Origin: Runella aurantiaca
GTDB taxonomy: Bacteria; Bacteroidota; Bacteroidia; Cytophagales; Spirosomataceae
NCBI RefSeq assembly: GCF_003339505.1
Contig: NZ_QPIW01000003.1
Location: 184,471 to 248,470 of the forward strand
Length of the DNA stretch: 64,000 nucleotides
Direction: 5' to 3'
A program made the position numbers and the translations under genes. The stretch's first letter is position 1, and every line of letters starts with the position of its first letter. The notes beneath the pieces were generated by a model that did not search any database, was not told the DNA's origin, and saw nothing but the letters and a program-made list of their open reading frames with translations. Of this stretch, positions 1 to 10,576 are shown in pieces.

Positions 1-2669
1 GTACTGATATCACCCAGAGAATGGGTAAGCAGTACATCCAACTTACATTGCAGAAAAACTTCAAGGGTAAAGTCAGTATTGGTGCCATTTAGGTAGTAGC
101 CCGCAATATAAACCCTATCATAACTGCCTAAGGCAATGTCTCTCACAAGATATGGAGGCTCAAATAGTAGTTCTTCAGTATATCCTAGTGATGTTAGCAG
201 ATAAACCCCTTCTGTACCAAAACTATGGTCTAAAGTACCATCAGGCTTGAGGCGCATCAAAAATTCGGGATGGTAAATGAAGGAATTCTCACTGCTTCCG
301 CCTATCAACACATTGCCGTCCGGTTGGGCAATAACCGCAACGGGCTTGGTGGATACATTTGCCCCAAAGGACGTTGTAAATACGCCATCGCCCGAAAAAG
401 TGTTATCTATACTGCCGTCGGTATTGAACCGGGCTACCAAGGTTTGATTTGCTAAAATACCGGACAATATCAGCTTGTCGTTTGCCTGAACAGCGGCCTT
501 TATCCTCGTACTTTTACTTATTGCAACATTGGTCACTAATTTACCATCACCATCAAAAGTATTGTCTAAACTTCCGTTGGGATGTAAGCGATAGACCAGA
601 AAATGAGCACGGTCATCCTCAATTTCATCCATTTGAATAGACCCGCTCAAAACAATTTTATTGTTGGATAAAACGTGGATGTTGTATGCTCTTTCACTAC
701 AATTTAATGCTGCTCTCCGCTGATTGCTTTTTTTATTTTCAACACCACCAATACTTGTGTTGTCGAGACAACTGGTGGTCAAAATCTCCATTTTCCCATC
801 GGCGTCAAAAGCATTGTCCAAGCTCCCGTCGGTGGCATTGAGCCGAACCACAATTATCTTATTAACCGCATTTTGAATACTGTTACCCACCAACAGTATT
901 TTTCCGTCGGCCTGTTGAGTGATGCCGTACAAATAGTCTTCGCCCCCAATATTCATCATGACGCGCCCATTCGTCCCAAAAGTGTTGTCTAATGTTCCGT
1001 TGGCGTTTAATCTGACGACCACAAAATCCCGGTCGGTTCCATTGGAAATATGACCCGCCATTACGATTTTACCATCTGATTGTAACACCAGGCCATTGCC
1101 GTCAGGAACGTTGTCAATCACCGATTCAGCAAGGAGAAGTTTACCATCGCCGGAGAAAGTATCGTCTAAACGTCCAAAGCGCGTAAAGCGGGCAATGGCT
1201 ACGTAAGAGTTGGTCGTAACGGGGTCGTAGGCACTACCCACTTCAATGATTTTGTCGTCCGGCTGAACGACAATGTTTTGAGCACTTTCAATATATCCAT
1301 TCCCAAAAAAGGTGTAGATACGATTTTCCAGCGTTGCAAAACCATAAATGGAATGAATACGCGCCATGCAAAAATCCTGATTCGACCCGTTATCGGCCAT
1401 TCCTACAAGTACTATTTTTCCGTCGTTTTGCAGCGCCACGCCATATCCGTTGTCGTTTTCACCTTGTTCAAAAGCTATTTTCAGTTTGCCATCCGTCGAA
1501 AAAGTAGCGTTTAAATTACCAAAACGATCGTATTTCACTACGGCTACGTCGCTGTTGGCAGGTACAATGACACGCGTTCCGTCCAAAAGCACTATAATAG
1601 TCTCTTCCGTATGGCTCGACCCCACGGCTACAATGCTTCCGTCGGGAGAAAGGGTCACATCAAACGCAAGGTCATCTCCGGGGCCTACGGCGGTCGTTAA
1701 TTTACCATCGCCGCTAAACTGCGTATCCAAACTGCCGTTTGGATTGTACCTTATTAGGGCAAAGTCATTGTTTGAACCATTGGAGGAATAACCAGAAACG
1801 ACTATTTTTCCATCCGATTGGATAGCGAGCGCTTGCCCAAAATCATGACTCGTTCCAACAGGGGTGACCGCATAGCCATCTGCGTCAAAACCTGTATCCA
1901 AAGTGCCGTCAGGGTTGAGGCGGGCCGTTAAAAAGTCAAGGGTGTTCCCCCCAACCAAGGCATTATTACTGTTTCCTGCCACCACAATTTTACCATCGGT
2001 TTGGAGTTTTACCGATTTAGCTTCGCCTGCCGGGTAGTTGGTCATACTGTTGCCATAGAAGCCCATGTCTAAACTGCCGTCGGTATTGTATCTTCTGACC
2101 GCAATCTTTGGGTTGCTTATTCCTACTGCCACAATTTTGCCATCTGGCTGAATGGCCACATCATTAAATACATCCGAGCCATTTACACTTTCACGTACAA
2201 TGCCATCACCGCTGAATGTATTGTCTAAAGAGCCGTCTGTATTAAAGCGTAGCACCATAAACTCATAGTGATTAGGGTTGATGACAGAACGGGCAAAACC
2301 GACAACCACTATTTTATCATCCGACTGAAGGGCCACGGCCAGCCCTTGGGCCGTGCCACTTCCATCGGAGGCCGTTACCAATTGTGTCTTTTTGCCATTG
2401 CCCGCAAACGAATTGTCTAAAGTGCCGTTTTGAAGGTATTGGGCAATGAGCACCCGGTAAGCGTCGGTTTTGGCACCCACAACAATGAGTTTACCGGTCG
2501 AATTGATGGCTACATCATAAGCCGTTTCATTGGTTCCTGAAAAATCAGTAGTGACCTTCCCCGAAGTACTAAAAGGAATATCTAAAGCTCCCGACGATTG
2601 GGCTGCCGCCCCACGGGAAGCCATCAATAACAAGTAGGCAAATGCAAATGTCAAAACTGATTTTTTCAT
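1..2669 (-). CDS. delta-60 repeat domain secreted protein (5'-partial at window edge; N-terminus in window)
   Basis: ATG at 2667-2669 (reverse complement) gives MKKSVLTFAFAYLLLMASRGAAAQ signal peptide followed by repeated 'DGKIVVVG / NPDGSLDTxF' units. No stop-bounded minus ORF is listed for 1-2669, so the frame is open to position 1. Paralogous to the 10577-13381 gene. Confidence 0.7.
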   Translation of the reverse strand, partial: MKKSVLTFAFAYLLLMASRGAAAQSSGALDIPFSTSGKVTTDFSGTNETAYDVAINSTGKLIVVGAKTDAYRVLIAQYLQNGTLDNSFAGNGKKTQLVTASDGSGTAQGLAVALQSDDKIVVVGFARSVINPNHYEFMVLRFNTDGSLDNTFSGDGIVRESVNGSDVFNDVAIQPDGKIVAVGISNPKIAVRRYNTDGSLDMGFYGNSMTNYPAGEAKSVKLQTDGKIVVAGNSNNALVGGNTLDFLTARLNPDGTLDTGFDADGYAVTPVGTSHDFGQALAIQSDGKIVVSGYSSNGSNNDFALIRYNPNGSLDTQFSGDGKLTTAVGPGDDLAFDVTLSPDGSIVAVGSSHTEETIIVLLDGTRVIVPANSDVAVVKYDRFGNLNATFSTDGKLKIAFEQGENDNGYGVALQNDGKIVLVGMADNGSNQDFCMARIHSIYGFATLENRIYTFFGNGYIESAQNIVVQPDDKIIEVGSAYDPVTTNSYVAIARFTRFGRLDDTFSGDGKLLLAESVIDNVPDGNGLVLQSDGKIVMAGHISNGTDRDFVVVRLNANGTLDNTFGTNGRVMMNIGGEDYLYGITQQADGKILLVGNSIQNAVNKIIVVRLNATDGSLDNAFDADGKMEILTTSCLDNTSIGGVENKKSNQRRAALNCSERAYNIHVLSNNKIVLSGSIQMDEIEDDRAHFLVYRLHPNGSLDNTFDGDGKLVTNVAISKSTRIKAAVQANDKLILSGILANQTLVARFNTDGSIDNTFSGDGVFTTSFGANVSTKPVAVIAQPDGNVLIGGSSENSFIYHPEFLMRLKPDGTLDHSFGTEGVYLLTSLGYTEELLFEPPYLVRDIALGSYDRVYIAGYYLNGTNTDFTLEVFLQCKLDVLLTHSLGDIS

Positions 2670-2746
2670 GGTTTTGCTTTTAAATTGATTGCGGTTAACC
2701 TCTATATTAACATGCGTCGTAAATCATTCATTTTAAGCATTTTGTG

Positions 2747-5638
2747 CTAATTGCACCCGCCAATTTGAGCGGTAAACACCGCCCCAGTATCGGTTTTGAA
2801 TCCCGGGTTCAACTGTACATATTGGCTTGCCTGATAAATGACATTGGCCCCGCTGGGAATGGTATTAGGGCTTCCAGCAATTGAAATGACCGTCTCCGAA
2901 GCCAGTTGGTGGGTGGTGGCGGTTCCCGTAGGCGTAGCCGTAAACCCTTGCGGGCAGGGGGTGTACCGCCAGAGTTCAAAGCCGTGCTGTCCGTCATCGG
3001 CTACAAAGTATAGATTGCCTCCCATCTGCGTAAAATAGGGGGCAGTGGAAAATCCACTGTTATTGTCGGGGTTAAGGTCGGCAATCAGGACTGTACCGGC
3101 AGTAGTACCATTGCTTTTCCAAAGCTCCCGCCCGTGAAAACCGTCGGTTGCTGCAAAATAGGCCGTGCCACCAAAGTTGAAAAACCGGGTGGGATTGGAA
3201 CTGCTGCCTCCTGCCGCAATATCCTTGACCATCACCGTGCCGGCTGCAGTGCCATCACTTTTCCAGAATTCACGGCCGTTGGTCCCATCGCTTGCGGAGA
3301 AATAGAGGGTGTCTTTGATACTGACCAAACTCACAGCAAATGAGCTTCCCGTCGTATTGATGTCTTTGACCATCTCGGTTCCTGTCGCAGTGCCGTCACT
3401 TTTCCAAAGTTCTTCGCCATTAGTACCGTCATTGGCCTTAAAATACAATGTACCATTGATGTTCGTGAATGATCCCGGCGATGAGGGTGAGGTGCCGGAT
3501 CGAATATCTCTTACTAAAAAAATGGAAACTCCATCACTTTTAAAGAGTTCGATATCAGTAGCACTCGCATTAGGACCGGAAAAAAACAGGGTATTCCCAA
3601 TGGCGACGGGAGGTTCAATCTCATTCCAATCCATATTTATATCAGCTACTTTTACCGTCCCGGCGGTGGTCCCATCGCTTTTGTAGAGAGCGGGGCCCGT
3701 TGTAGTATAGGCAAAGAAAAATAAAGTCCCTGCAACGTTGGTAAGATATTTGGGCGCTCCGGGACCGGAATCGAGGTAAATATCTTTCACCATATCTGTT
3801 CCGCTCGCAGTACCGTCACTTTTCCACAATTCGGAACCGGCGGTATTGGTAGAAGCCCTAAAAAACAATGTCCCGTTCCATTCGGTTAGCTCTTCGGGAG
3901 AGGAAGAGTTTATCCCCAAGTTGATGTCTTTCACCAATACGGTTCCGGCAGCGGTGCCGTCGCTTCGCCAAAGTTCCCGGCCATGGATACCGTTTTCAGC
4001 AACAAAAAACAAGGTGTCATTGATATTGATAAGGTCGGTAGGTGAAGCGCTGAGGCTTCCAAAATTGAGGTCTTTTACCATGACTGTACCGGCAGAAGTG
4101 CCATCGCTTTTCCAAAGCTCTTCGCCGTTGATGCCATCATTTGCGGCGAAGAAAACTTTATTGCCCATCGTCACTACGTATTTGGGCTGAGCACTGACGG
4201 TATTGGCATTGGGCACTATCTTGCTCGTTCCGGGACCGGTGCCGTCGCTTTTCCAGAGTTCATTGATGGTGCTGTTGCTCCCATCTTGGGCCAGAAAGAT
4301 AAGGAATCCGGACAGGCTCACCGGTCCTTGTGGATAGCTGCTCCCGGCCCCGGCCCAAATGTCTTTGACTAAAGTTGTCCCTGCTGCCGACCCATTACTT
4401 TTCCAAAGTTCGGACCCATTGGTTCCATCATAGGCGGAAAAATAGAGCGTACTTCCTACCAATCTGAAAGAAGTAGGGTAACCGAAAGCCGCTCCACTGT
4501 TGATATCTTTAACCATCACCGTTCCCGCTGCAGTTCCGCTGCTTTTCCAGAGTTCCTGTCCGTTGGTTCCATCATTGGCTTCAAAATAAAAAACCAACGT
4601 GCTGGTATTGACGACAAAGGGCAGACCGTAATCAGTTATCCCACTTTCTGAGCCAGGATGTATATCTTTGACCAAGACGGTTCCGGCTCCTGTTCCATCA
4701 CTTTTCCAAAGTTCGCGACCGGCAGAGCCATTATCTGCGGTAAAATAAAGCGTCCCGTCTACATTTGTGAGTCTCTGAGGTGAAGGATCCGTCAAAGTTG
4801 CACTCGGAAAAATATCTCTGACCAATACCGTGCCGGCCGCAGTACCATCACTTTTCCAGAGTTCTCTTCCCTTTGTACCATTGTCAGCGGTAAAAAACAA
4901 AACATCCGTCGCAGCAACACCACCAAATGAACCGGCCCTGACAAGGGAGTTGGGATATGAGTGGGTAGTACCGGGATTGATGTCTTTGACCAATACAGTT
5001 CCCCCGGTAGTGCCATCGGTTTTCCACAATTCTCGACCATTGGCTGCATCAAAGGCCCCGAAATAGAGGATTCCCTGCACAATGGTAAAACTACTGGGAG
5101 CTGAATTGGCAGTTCCCGAATTGATATTTTTAATAATAACCGTTCCGGCAGCGGTGCCGTCGCTTTTCCAGAGTTCAAGCCCTTGCGAGGCAGTCATGGC
5201 CGCAAATACCAACTGCCCGTTGTAGGATACAAACCCCTGAGGTTCGGAACCAAGGCTGCCTGTATAAATATCTTTGACCATGACGGTACCGGCCGCGGTG
5301 CCGTCGCTTTTCCAAAGTTCTTCCCCATTGATGCCATCATTGGCGGTAAAGTAAAGTGTCCCGCTTACATTGATCAGGTTGAGAGGGTTAGAATCACCAA
5401 AGGCCGAAACGATGTGTTTGACCAATACCGTACCTGCTGCTGTTCCGTCGGTTTTCCACAGTTCAGAGGTACGTTTGACAAAATACATCTGTGAACCAAT
5501 GATCGCGGTGCCGTTATTTTCATCAACTTCAATTCCCGCCGCCACCGCATTGATGTCTTTGACTATTTGGAGGTTTTGGGCTTTGGGGATGAGGTATAAA
5601 AATTGCCAAATGAGCAATAAGAGAAATTGCTTTTTCAT
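2747..5638 (-). CDS. ELWxxDGT-repeat surface/secreted protein (963 aa)
   Basis: N-terminal signal peptide (MKKQFLLLLIWQFLYLIPKAQ). About 17 repeats of 'ELWKSDGTAAGTVLVKDI..' (ELWxxDGT repeat family). Conserved C-terminal tail '...LNPGFKTDTGAVFTAQIGGCN'. Confidence 0.85.
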   Translation of the reverse strand: MKKQFLLLLIWQFLYLIPKAQNLQIVKDINAVAAGIEVDENNGTAIIGSQMYFVKRTSELWKTDGTAAGTVLVKHIVSAFGDSNPLNLINVSGTLYFTANDGINGEELWKSDGTAAGTVMVKDIYTGSLGSEPQGFVSYNGQLVFAAMTASQGLELWKSDGTAAGTVIIKNINSGTANSAPSSFTIVQGILYFGAFDAANGRELWKTDGTTGGTVLVKDINPGTTHSYPNSLVRAGSFGGVAATDVLFFTADNGTKGRELWKSDGTAAGTVLVRDIFPSATLTDPSPQRLTNVDGTLYFTADNGSAGRELWKSDGTGAGTVLVKDIHPGSESGITDYGLPFVVNTSTLVFYFEANDGTNGQELWKSSGTAAGTVMVKDINSGAAFGYPTSFRLVGSTLYFSAYDGTNGSELWKSNGSAAGTTLVKDIWAGAGSSYPQGPVSLSGFLIFLAQDGSNSTINELWKSDGTGPGTSKIVPNANTVSAQPKYVVTMGNKVFFAANDGINGEELWKSDGTSAGTVMVKDLNFGSLSASPTDLININDTLFFVAENGIHGRELWRSDGTAAGTVLVKDINLGINSSSPEELTEWNGTLFFRASTNTAGSELWKSDGTASGTDMVKDIYLDSGPGAPKYLTNVAGTLFFFAYTTTGPALYKSDGTTAGTVKVADINMDWNEIEPPVAIGNTLFFSGPNASATDIELFKSDGVSIFLVRDIRSGTSPSSPGSFTNINGTLYFKANDGTNGEELWKSDGTATGTEMVKDINTTGSSFAVSLVSIKDTLYFSASDGTNGREFWKSDGTAAGTVMVKDIAAGGSSSNPTRFFNFGGTAYFAATDGFHGRELWKSNGTTAGTVLIADLNPDNNSGFSTAPYFTQMGGNLYFVADDGQHGFELWRYTPCPQGFTATPTGTATTHQLASETVISIAGSPNTIPSGANVIYQASQYVQLNPGFKTDTGAVFTAQIGGCN

Positions 5639-5714
5639 AAGTAATGCAGGGTTAAGAAAACTAAGAAGTTAAATCAAACAAGAGGCCTAAACTGCTCATT
5701 TTAATGGCTTTATA

Positions 5715-8564
5715 CTAGTTGCACCCATCAATTTTAGCAACAAACACCGCCCCAGTATCGGTTTTGAACCCTGGATTTAGCTGAACATATTTGCTTGCCT
5801 GATAAATGACATTGGCCCCGCTGGGAATGGTATTGGGGCTACCAGCAATTGAAATGACCGTCTCCGAAGCAAGTTGGTGAGTGGTAACGGTCCCCGTAGG
5901 GGTAGCCGTAAACCCTTGCGGGCATGGGGTGTACTTCCAGAGTTCAAAGCCATGCTGTCCGTCATCGGCTACAAAGTAGAGGGTGTTTCCAATAGAAGCA
6001 AAATGGGAGGTATAATAGGGCGCGCCGGGAAATCCGTTGTTATTGTCAGGGTTGAGGTCGGCAATCAGGACCGTACCGGCGGTGGTGCCATTGCTTTTCC
6101 ATAGCTCCCGGCCGTGAAGACCATCCGTTGCTGCAAAGTAGGCCATGCCACCCATATTGTAAATACCGTTAATCTCAGAATTACCTGCATAAATACCCTT
6201 TACTAAAGCAGTAGTAGCGGCACTACCGTTGCTTTTCCATAGACCCATGCCGTTAACACCATCATCTGCTTCAAAGAAAAGTGTACCATTAATATCGCAA
6301 AAACTATTGGGGCGTGAACTGCCTGTACTATTGATATCCGCAGCCAAAACGGTCCCTTCGACAGTCCCATCCGTTTTCCAAAGTTCCTGACCTTCAGGAA
6401 ACCTGTTTGCAGAAAAAAACAGGGTATTATTTACTTTGGTTAATCCAGAACAATAGAATTGATATCCCACATCTAATACTGTGGTTGTTATACCGTCGCT
6501 TTTAACAATTAACCAATAATTGTTTGAAACCTTCTCATAAGTAAAAAACAGACTATTGTCCATGACAGCCACCGAACCGATTCTCACATAAGGTCCAATA
6601 TTATCTACTTCTATAGTACCTGCGGCTGTACCATCACTTTTACAAAGAATGGTCTCCGGAGGCAAATCTCTTTCAATAAAGAAAAAGAGGGTGCCGTTTA
6701 CATTGGTAAGCCTGGTGGGGGTCGACGAATCAGTACCTGCGTTTAGGTCTTTTACCAATACAGTACCTGCTGATGTGCCATCTGTTTTCCAAAGTTCTCT
6801 CCCTGAATCACTTTTTGAAGCAACAAAAAAAAGGCGGTTTCCTATTCCCTCAAAATCAAAAGGAGAAGAATTACTGCTGCCCAGTTCAATGTCTTTTACC
6901 ATCACCGTGCCGGCATTCGTACCGTCAGACTTCCAAAGCTCTATGCCATTGGTTGAATTTGTGGCCGAAAAAAAGAGTGTTCCATTAAAATTGACCAGTG
7001 AGGACGGCGACGAACTTGAGCTGCCTACATTGATATCCTTTACCAATACAGTTCCTTCAGCCGTTCCATCAGATTTCCAAAGTTCCGTTCCGTTGATACC
7101 GTCGTTGGCTGAGAAGTAAATTAGTTGGCCAATACGCACTAGTTCTCGGGGTTCCCCTCCAAAGGTATGGCCTGGCATAATGATTTTATGCGTACCAAGC
7201 TCAGTACCATCACTTATCCAAAATTCTTGCTCTATCCCATCAGAAGCGCCAAAAATCAAACTTCCGGACAAATTGGCAAAAAAACCGGTGCTGGCATCAT
7301 TGCTGCCTGCCCTAATATCTTTTACCAATACCGTTCCTGCGGCTGAACCATCACTTTTCCATAATTCACGACCATGCACATCGTCATCAGCTGTAAAATA
7401 AAGGGTTGAACCAATATTCAATAAATTTGAGGGACTGCCGCTACCATTTGTATTGATGTCCTTTACCATGACTGTTCCTGCCGCGGTACCATTACTTTTC
7501 CAAAGTTCCCAATCGTTTGTGCCATCGTTTGCTCTGAAATAATACGTATTACCCACAACCCAAAAAACTGAACTAAATCCGGATTCACTGCCAACAAAAA
7601 TATCTTTTACCAATACTGTGTTGGCCGCAGTACCGCCTGATTTCCAAAGTTCTCGCCCAACGTCTGCACTGCTGGCTGAGAAGTAAAGCACTCCATCAAC
7701 ATTTGCCATCTCAGTGGGTGATGAAGATGCATCACCCACATATATATCTTCAACCATCACTGTCCCTGCTGTTGTACCATCGCTTTTCCACAATTCAAGG
7801 CCATGAGTTCCATCATTGGCCCTAAAAAATAACACACCGTTATTTACCAAATAACTACTCACATTGGTTAGTTTATCGGGGGTTGAAGAGTCATCTCCCG
7901 GATTAATGTCTTTCACTAAAACCGTACCGCCTGTTGTACCGTCCGTTTTCCAAAGTTCTTCTCCATTGGCGGTAGTTTGTGCTGAAAAATAAAGAACACC
8001 TTTGACCGCTTTGAACCCGTGAGGATACGAATTTGCACTGCCTGTCTCGATGTCTTTGACAATGGCAGTACCCGAATAAGTGCCGTCAGACTTCCAAATT
8101 TCAATCCCTTTTGCTTCATTTTTAGCCGAAAAAATCAGTTCACCATTGTATGCTGTAAAGTCTTCTGGGTTTGAATCGGAACTGCCGACAAAAATATCTT
8201 TCACCAAGATAGTACCGGCGGCCGTCCCATCAGTTTTCCAAAGTTCTTTGCCCGAAACGCCATCGTTCGCACTAAAAAAAACCGTTCCTGCTACATTAGT
8301 TAAATTATCAATTCTCGCATCCCCGCTGGCAGAAATAATATGTTTGACCAATACCGTTCCGATTGAAGTACCGTCAGTTTTCCAGATTTCTGAAGGCTCT
8401 TTTACAAAATATAAAATTGAGCCAACTACTGCCTGTTTGCCTACATTAGGCATCCCCGCCGCCACCGCATTGATGTCTTTGACCATTTGAGGATTTTGTG
8501 CAAGTACCAATTGCGCCATGCCAAACAATAGGCAGAATGTAAAGAGGTAGGGTTGTTTTTTCAT
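5715..8564 (-). CDS. ELWxxDGT-repeat surface/secreted protein, tandem paralog (about 950 aa)
   Basis: The ORF track's longest form (to 8699) begins with non-signal junk. The likely true start is MKKQPYLFTFCLLFGMAQLVLAQ, with ATG at 8562-8564. Same ELWKSDGT repeats; the C-terminal ~70 aa are nearly identical to the upstream paralog. Confidence 0.8.
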   Translation of the reverse strand: MKKQPYLFTFCLLFGMAQLVLAQNPQMVKDINAVAAGMPNVGKQAVVGSILYFVKEPSEIWKTDGTSIGTVLVKHIISASGDARIDNLTNVAGTVFFSANDGVSGKELWKTDGTAAGTILVKDIFVGSSDSNPEDFTAYNGELIFSAKNEAKGIEIWKSDGTYSGTAIVKDIETGSANSYPHGFKAVKGVLYFSAQTTANGEELWKTDGTTGGTVLVKDINPGDDSSTPDKLTNVSSYLVNNGVLFFRANDGTHGLELWKSDGTTAGTVMVEDIYVGDASSSPTEMANVDGVLYFSASSADVGRELWKSGGTAANTVLVKDIFVGSESGFSSVFWVVGNTYYFRANDGTNDWELWKSNGTAAGTVMVKDINTNGSGSPSNLLNIGSTLYFTADDDVHGRELWKSDGSAAGTVLVKDIRAGSNDASTGFFANLSGSLIFGASDGIEQEFWISDGTELGTHKIIMPGHTFGGEPRELVRIGQLIYFSANDGINGTELWKSDGTAEGTVLVKDINVGSSSSSPSSLVNFNGTLFFSATNSTNGIELWKSDGTNAGTVMVKDIELGSSNSSPFDFEGIGNRLFFVASKSDSGRELWKTDGTSAGTVLVKDLNAGTDSSTPTRLTNVNGTLFFFIERDLPPETILCKSDGTAAGTIEVDNIGPYVRIGSVAVMDNSLFFTYEKVSNNYWLIVKSDGITTTVLDVGYQFYCSGLTKVNNTLFFSANRFPEGQELWKTDGTVEGTVLAADINSTGSSRPNSFCDINGTLFFEADDGVNGMGLWKSNGSAATTALVKGIYAGNSEINGIYNMGGMAYFAATDGLHGRELWKSNGTTAGTVLIADLNPDNNNGFPGAPYYTSHFASIGNTLYFVADDGQHGFELWKYTPCPQGFTATPTGTVTTHQLASETVISIAGSPNTIPSGANVIYQASKYVQLNPGFKTDTGAVFVAKIDGCN

Positions 8565-8580
8565 CTTTTTGGATTCGGAT

Positions 8581-9897
8581 TTAAAAATCATTATCAAGTT
8601 CAGGCAGGATATTTCCATCTTCAGACTGTACAATGGCCGTGGGCTTGATTCCCAATACAGTAACGCGGTGATTGGCCAACGAAGAGTTTTCCTCATCATC
8701 GGTCAGTATAGTAGAAAGGGTGTATTTAAGCGTACCCCTCGAAGCGCGGAAGGGCTTACTGTAACTCCAATCGCTGATCCAGATCCCTATCTTTCGGACA
8801 TGATGGTCACCGTCAAGTGCTTCATAGTGCAAATCCCAGCCCGATAAGATGGGGATAGCGTTTTCGTAGGGAATATTAGAAATCGTAAACTCTTTAGTCA
8901 CCACCAGAGGACTGCCACTGGTAACAAACGACTCCCACCACCCCTCATCATCCAAAGGTGTAATGAGAAAAGGCGGATGGATTACCCCTAAATCCTTACC
9001 GCCTATCCCCGTAACCATCTCTCCAAAGTAGTATCCGTTTTTTTCTATATTGGGCTCCCAGCGCTCTTGGTTGTCTTTGAAAATAACTTGGGTACTCCAA
9101 CTCAATACCCCTGCTGAGTCAAAACGGCTGGAATTTTGGAGCAAAGGGTTGGTACTTTCGGGGTAGTTATCGTAGATTTTGTTCTGTAAGATTCTTTCAC
9201 TTCCAACGATATTATAAGACAGTTGGAGCAAGTGATGGTCTTCTTTTTGGGCTACCCGGAAAAAAAAACCGCGCGGAACCACCCCCGCCGTTACCCTTCG
9301 TTTGAAAACATTATTTTGGAGGTGTCCCGCAATGGGATACATGTTGTAAGTGGAAGTTCCTGAAGCACAGTTTTCGTCGTCATCTACCGCCAGATTTATC
9401 TTGGCCTCGTTCCAAGCAATTACAGTATAGTGGTAGCAAAAATTGTAAGCATCATCAAAATTATAATCTCCGAGCGCTCCAATAGCAGCCCAGGTCACCT
9501 CTTTCCTATTTTGATTAACGGTTAGGTTGATGTGACCAATTCCTACCCCAAGCGTTCGTACGTGGTGATCGTCGGATTCATACTCCAACTTCCAGCCATT
9601 CAAAAAGACGGTAGCATGCGTAGCCCAACGAGGTATTCGACGACTTCCTTGCAAGCTAATTTCATTTTCACTGATTTTTTGGGTCAATTTCCCGCAGGCC
9701 GAGCCATGATAAACTACGATTTGACTATCTTTTTCAAAAGTTTTTTTATCACTGAAATCGTAGGGTTCTACATAGCTGAGACCTGATGCCTCACCTCCAG
9801 AAATACAAAGTCCACCCCAACCTCTGGTATCAAATTCACAACTCCAAACCAAAGGCAATACAAAGGCAAACAAAACAGCAGCGGAGGAGCGTTTCAT
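8581..9897 (-). CDS. hypothetical lipoprotein with internally duplicated domain
   Basis: Lipobox-like LPLVWSC after a signal peptide. Two related segments (LNGWKLEYESDDHHVRTLGVGIGH / LSGWDLHYEALDGDHHVRKIGIW). Contains a T9 tract that encodes FFF. Confidence 0.6.
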   Translation of the reverse strand: MKRSSAAVLFAFVLPLVWSCEFDTRGWGGLCISGGEASGLSYVEPYDFSDKKTFEKDSQIVVYHGSACGKLTQKISENEISLQGSRRIPRWATHATVFLNGWKLEYESDDHHVRTLGVGIGHINLTVNQNRKEVTWAAIGALGDYNFDDAYNFCYHYTVIAWNEAKINLAVDDDENCASGTSTYNMYPIAGHLQNNVFKRRVTAGVVPRGFFFRVAQKEDHHLLQLSYNIVGSERILQNKIYDNYPESTNPLLQNSSRFDSAGVLSWSTQVIFKDNQERWEPNIEKNGYYFGEMVTGIGGKDLGVIHPPFLITPLDDEGWWESFVTSGSPLVVTKEFTISNIPYENAIPILSGWDLHYEALDGDHHVRKIGIWISDWSYSKPFRASRGTLKYTLSTILTDDEENSSLANHRVTVLGIKPTAIVQSEDGNILPELDNDF

Positions 9898-10451
9898 GGC
9901 AGTATGGCGTTTAGACTATCTACTGACACCCGTGATTTGGCATTCCAGAAAGCCGATACGTTGGCTATTTGCCAAGCTCCGTCGTGCTTTTCCATGAGGC
10001 GGGTTTCCTGACTGATGATGTAGTGGGTTTTTGCGCTGTTGGCGTTGTATTGTTTCCAGAGCAAATACGCTACATTCTCGCCGTAAAATTTCACCTGTGG
10101 TTTTTCCCGTTTTACGACCGGGTGTACGACATTTTTGCCATTTTTGTAATACTTCTCAATCCATTCTTTGCCTTGCGCGTTGATTTTTTCCCACCCAATG
10201 GCGGCATCATAGGTGCCATCGTCGTTGTTCCAAGCCTGCATTGCGTAGGGCTGATGCACCCAATGTTTGGCCCAACAATCATAATTTCCATCAAAAAAGC
10301 ATTTAGTTTCTCCTTCAATAACCTGTAGGATGGCGGCGGTTTCTTTGCCTTCATCAAAAGTGGTGGTGGCGGTTTGGGTTTGTGTATCGGCCTGACGGCA
10401 AGCCATGGGCAATACGAAAAGCAGTGTGCTGCAAATAAACAAGTGCTTCAT
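9894..10451 (-). CDS. hypothetical lipoprotein (NTF2/SnoaL-like size and composition)
   Basis: Signal peptide plus Cys (LPMACRQ). Its stop overlaps the downstream gene start by 4 bp (ATGA), suggesting an operon. Confidence 0.55.
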   Translation of the reverse strand: MKHLFICSTLLFVLPMACRQADTQTQTATTTFDEGKETAAILQVIEGETKCFFDGNYDCWAKHWVHQPYAMQAWNNDDGTYDAAIGWEKINAQGKEWIEKYYKNGKNVVHPVVKREKPQVKFYGENVAYLLWKQYNANSAKTHYIISQETRLMEKHDGAWQIANVSAFWNAKSRVSVDSLNAILP

Positions 10452-10576
10452 TTCAATACGATTTTGTTTAGTGTATTACATCAAGAAATTGGCCTTTTCG
10501 GACGAAGTGAATTTTTTAAATTCTAATGGGTACCGGTCTCCATTTTCCGGGGCCAATAAACCTTCAAATCAGTACT

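Noticed and set aside
3134-8490. Many 60-160-aa plus-strand ORFs inside the ELWxxDGT genes (for example 3309-3686, 3846-4190, 6649-7119, 8080-8490)
   Set aside because: They are antisense to long, well-supported minus-strand genes. Their repetitive 'VPAAVPSLFQSS…' translations are just the reverse-complement reading of the ELWKSDGT repeats, so they are artefacts.
8565-8699. N-terminal extension of the 5715-8699 ORF (MMRKTLRWPITALLYW…)
   Set aside because: The extension is not signal-peptide-like and would overlap the next gene. The internal ATG at 8562-8564 gives a canonical signal peptide, MKKQPYLFTFCLLFGMAQLVLAQ, so I took that start.
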